This document shows, piece after piece, positions 23,838-28,444 of a stretch of DNA of 28,444 nt (positions within the stretch are counted from its first letter, which is position 1; each line of letters begins with the position of its first letter). The stretch is from positions 1-28,444 of the forward strand of contig BAAFSQ010000125.1 of assembly GCA_054661495.1 (NCBI GenBank), given 5' to 3'. The notes under the pieces are model-generated. The model had not been told where the DNA came from, searched no databases, and saw only the letters and a list, made by a program, of their open reading frames with translations. Position numbers and translations under genes: made by a program. The stretch comes from Zygophlyctis sp. KS116 (taxonomy: Eukaryota > Fungi > Chytridiomycota).

Positions 23838-26480
23838 ATGTACAACAATGATCGGGGCCGACCAGTACAAAGTAATCAACCTCAGCCCCATATGAGACAT
23901 CCAAGAGAACAGGACAATATGTCTGGTCCATATCATGGACCACCTCAGGGCAGACCGCCGATGAATTTGAGAAACAATGATCCAATGTATAACTCTGCTC
24001 AAACTTTTCATGGATCAAGTCAATCTATTATGTCATCATCTTCTGATTCTCATCAGCCACAACAGGTTGCCCAAATGAATAAGAAGCCGACCATCAGACA
24101 CATCCCACTCACTCCAGAAGGTAACTTGGTGATTGATGTGCCTGTCCCTGATAGAGTTTTATCAAATGCGAAATATCAGAGTGGGGATGAATTTACCTAT
24201 GTCAGATATACGGCAGTTACTAGTACTCCTGATCAATTTCCTTTTAGCGGCTATTCTTTGCGACAGCAAGAAATGCAGAGAAAGACTGAAATATTCATTG
24301 TTGTCACCATGTAATTTTCCACCGATGTAACTAATTTTTAGGTACAATGAAGATGATGATTTGTTTTGCAAGTCAATGTCTGCTTTGATGAAGAATATTG
24401 CTTATTTGTGCTCAAGAAGTAAGTCTTCTACATGGGGTGAAGACGGATGGAAGAAAATTGTATTGTGTATTGTCTCTGATGGGCGATCAAAGATAAACAG
24501 GCGTACTCTTGATGTTTTGGGAATAATGGGTGTGTATCAGGATGGAATTATGAAAGAATCGGTCAATGAGAAACCAGTGACTGCACATGTTTTTGAATAT
24601 ACTACCCAAATATGTGTTACTCAAGACTTGAAGGTACAAGGCAGAGAAAATGGTTATGTACCCGTACAGATCTTGTTCTGTCTTAAAGAAAAAAATGCGA
24701 AAAAGGTATTTATTAAAGATATTTAGTTACAGATCAACTCCCATCGATGGTTTTTTAACGCATTTGGACCCCTGCTGCGTCCAAATGTATGCGTTTTGAT
24801 TGATGTTGGAACAAAACCAACCAATACATCCTTGTATCATTTATGGAAAGCATTTGATAATTTTCCATCTATTGGAGGAGCTTGTGGCGAGATTTATGCT
24901 GAGCTTGGAGCTGGATGTACAAAGCTTCTGAATCCTTTAGTCGCGGCACAGAATTTCGAGTACAAGATAAGTAATATATTAGACAAGCCTCTTGAATCTG
25001 TGTTTGGATATATTAGTGTTTTACCAGGTGCCTTTTCAGCATATCGTTATGCAGCATTACAAGGTTCTCCACTTACTCAATACTTTAAAGGCGAAACACT
25101 TCATGACAGCGCTAATATAGTCGCTGCAAATATGTATTTGGTACCACTCAATTCATTCTTATATAATAGGCAGAAGACCGAATTTTATGCTTTGAGATTG
25201 TGACTAAAGTACGAGAAGCGTGGTTCTTAAAATATGTAAAATCTGCAAAGGCCGAAACCGATGTGCCTGATAAGGTCCCAGAATTTATTTCGCAGCGACG
25301 TCGTTGGCTAAATGGGTCTTTCTTTGCAGGAGTTCATGCTTTGTCTCATTGGTATTACATTTTCCGGTCGGGTCACAATATTGGTCGAAAGTTGATATTA
25401 TCTGTACAGATGATATACAATTTCATCAATTTGCTATTTTCTGTAATACTTGCGATTTAATTTGTAGTGGTTCTTGTTAGGAAACTTTTACTTGGTATTT
25501 TTCTTTCTTGCGCAGCCCACCCCACAAAGCAATAGCAGCAACCCAGAAGATTTCAGGCCTACTAATCCATTTGGAAAATATCAGGAGCAGTATTTTCAAG
25601 TACTAAAAGGATTATATGTAATGGCAGTTATCACTATTGTCATTTCATCTCTGGGAAATCGACCACAAGGATCAAAATGGATATATATTAGTTGTATTTG
25701 GCTATTTATGGTAATAATGGCTGCTTTACTTTATCTTGGTGGTTACCAGATTTACCAATTCTCTATTATTGCCTCCAGGGCGGTTTCAGCCCAAGGAACA
25801 TTAATGGAGAATGTTAGAGCCCTTTTTGGTATTCCAGGGTTTGTGTCTATTTTTGTTGCATTTCTATCTACTTACGGATTATATGTATTTCAATCACTTT
25901 TATACTTTGACCCTTGGCACATGATTACTAGTAGCTTTCAGTACTTGTTGTTTCTGCCATCATACGTGAATATACTGAATGTTTATGCTTGTAAGTTTTG
26001 AAATTGTAATTATTAGTCTGTAATCTGCATGATGTTAGTTGGGGTACCAAGGGTGACAATACTGCTGAATCTTTAGGTGGAGCTACTGCAGTTAAAGGTA
26101 AGGATGGTAAAGTCACTGTTACTTTGGATATTCCTACTGATAGAAAGGACATCAACGCCAATTATGATGTTTTTGTCAAGGAACTACGAACACCAAGACC
26201 AAAGGAAACGTCCACTCCTGATGCAAAAACAAGACAAGAAGATTATTTCCGTAGTTTTAGAACTAATGTGGTCTTGTTTTGGTTCCTCTGCAATGGCCTT
26301 TTAATTGTTGGCCTAACAAACAACTCGGCGGTAGAATACTTGAGCAACAAGGCGAATCTGAATATGAGGAGCGAAGAAAATCCGTATCTCAAATATACAT
26401 ATTTTTTTGTGGCGATCATTGGAGGTATCAGATTTATTGGATCAACTCTCTATATTCTCTCATACTACATTTGTGGTTAG
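23838..26480 (+). CDS. CHS: Chitin synthase, division 1 (GT2), copy B
   Basis: Same motif set including NMYLAEDRIL and [10 protein letters not shown]. Introns 24311-24341, 24706-24732, 25141-25169, 25443-25467, 25991-26016. Confidence 0.95.
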
Positions 26481-26502
26481 TTTTCGCGACGTCAGAATAA
26501 AA

Positions 26503-28222
26503 ATGTTACGATCTCTTCGGCAGTTTTCCACTCGAGTGTCTGAGGAAGTAGATGTATGTATTGTCGGTGCAGGTCCTTCTGGATTATCTGCAGCCATTAA
26601 ACTCCGTCAAGCAGCTTTAGCAGCCGGTCAAGAAGATTTTAGAGTTTTACTGGTAGAAAAAGGATCTGAAGTCGGTTCTCATATCTTATCAGGTGCTGTA
26701 TTGGAACCAAGAGCCTTGAATGAATTGATTCCAGATTGGCAACAAAAAGGAGCTCCTCTAACAACAAAGGCCACAAAGGATAAAATGTATTTTTTAACCA
26801 AGAATACATCTTTCCCGATTCCTCATCCTCCTCAAATGTCTAATCAAGGAAATTATATAATTTCTCTAAGTCAATTTGTGCGATGGCTGGGTGAGCAAGC
26901 GGAAGAATTGGGAGTTGAAGTCTATCCCAGTTTTGCTGCTAGCGAGGTATTTATATTCTACTTGTTATAAATTAGGTATTATATGACGATCACGGAGCTG
27001 TAAAGGGTATTGCCACTAATGATGTTGGGATTGGTAAAGATGGAAAGCCAAAAGACAATTTTGAACGTGGTATGGAAATTCATGCCAAAATGACTCTTTT
27101 TGCTGAAGGCTGTCACGGAAGTTTAACAAAAAAGTTGATTAGCAAATTCAATCTTAGAAGTGAATCTCAACCTCAAACATATGGTCTTGGATTGAAAGAA
27201 GTCTGGGAAATAGATCCAGAAAAGCATGATAAAGGCCTTGTAATGCATACAATTGGATGGCCTATGGATTATAAAACATATGGAGGCTCATTTATGTATC
27301 ATTTGGAAAATAATCTAGTTGCTGTTGGATATGTTGTTGCTTTGGATTATGAAAATCCTACATTATCTCCATATCGTGAATTTCAGCGTTACAAGCATCA
27401 TCCACTTATAAGCCATTATTTGACTGGTGGAAAAGTACTTAGCTATGGTGCGCGTGCTCTAAATGAAGGAGGTTACCAAAGTATTCCAAAATTGGTAATG
27501 CCTGGAGCCGCACTGATTGGTTGTACAGCTGGATTTTTAAATGTTCCAAAGATCAAGGGAACTCATACTGCAATGAAAAGCGGTAAATACTTTTAAACTT
27601 AATCACAGGAATGTTGGCAGCTGAAGCTACTTTTAAGTCTTTGACAGCTAAACCTCAAGGCCCAGTTCTTTTAACAGAGTATGAAACTAGCATCAAAGAT
27701 TCTTGGATCTATGAAGAATTGATTCAAGTTCGTAATGTACGCCCATCTTTCCATAGCCCTCTTGGACTCTATGGAGGTATTTTATACTCTGGATTAGACA
27801 CCTTGTTTCTTAAAGGAAGAACACCTTGGACTTTTAAACATCCCAGCGCAGATCATGAAACTCTTAAACCTCTAGCATCTGTTAAACCTATAGAGTATCC
27901 GAAACCTGACGGTGTCTTGTCATTTGAATTGTTGGAGAGTGTTTCTAGAACTGGTACTTATCACGAAGAAAATCAACCAATTCACTTACAACTGAAACAA
28001 GGATCTAAACCTCAACTTGAAGTAAATTACAAAAAGTTTGGAGGACCTGAACAAAAGTTTTGCCCAGCTGGAGTTTATGAATACGTAGATCAAGGAGAAA
28101 AGTTTGTTATTAATGCCTCTAATTGCATTCATTGCAAAACCTGTGACATCAAGGATCCATCTCAAAATATTGACTGGACAGTTCCTGAAGGTGGAGGAGG
28201 ACCAAAATACACAAACACTTAA
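26503..28222 (+). CDS. CIR2: Mitochondrial electron transfer flavoprotein-ubiquinone oxidoreductase
   Basis: Presequence [14 protein letters not shown] motif [28 protein letters not shown] and 4Fe-4S motif [21 protein letters not shown]. Introns 26947-26975 and 27583-27608. Confidence 0.96.
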
Positions 28223-28273
28223 ATATAAAGATTTTTTATTAGACACAGCGTTAATAAACACTAGACAACAAAT

Positions 28274-28444
<171 letters not shown>

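Overview
Eukaryotic, gene-dense, AT-rich DNA from a fungus, most likely an early-diverging (chytrid-like) lineage. The lineage call is inference from division-1 chitin synthases, an OGT-clade O-GlcNAc transferase, Pol kappa and H4 starting MTGRGK. The fragmented ORF track is explained by about 56 tiny spliceosomal introns (23-36 nt, one of 50 nt), which I placed by hand. Genes in order: partial secreted Cys-rich paralog (-), Cys-rich fragment, SRP receptor alpha, F-BAR/DEP/RhoGAP (-), eIF2B-beta, two Cys-rich secreted/surface proteins, RCC1, promethin/LDAF1-like, OGT, Sgf11, a strongly divergent NMT paralog (-), canonical NMT (-), GSK3, Pol kappa, two divergent histone H4 genes, two chitin synthases, ETF-QO, and a partial canonical H4 (-). 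Most intergenic gaps are 20-130 nt. Most notable: (1) an intact NMT paralog with rewritten signature motifs next to the canonical gene; (2) two H4 variants with substitutions clustered in helix alpha2/L2, near a canonical H4; (3) an apparent GA-AG intron in the canonical NMT; (4) a Cys-rich secreted family whose N-terminal domain I do not recognise, with GPI-like and repeat-bearing members; (5) the miniature introns and extreme compaction. No mobile element, RNA gene or CRISPR array was seen.
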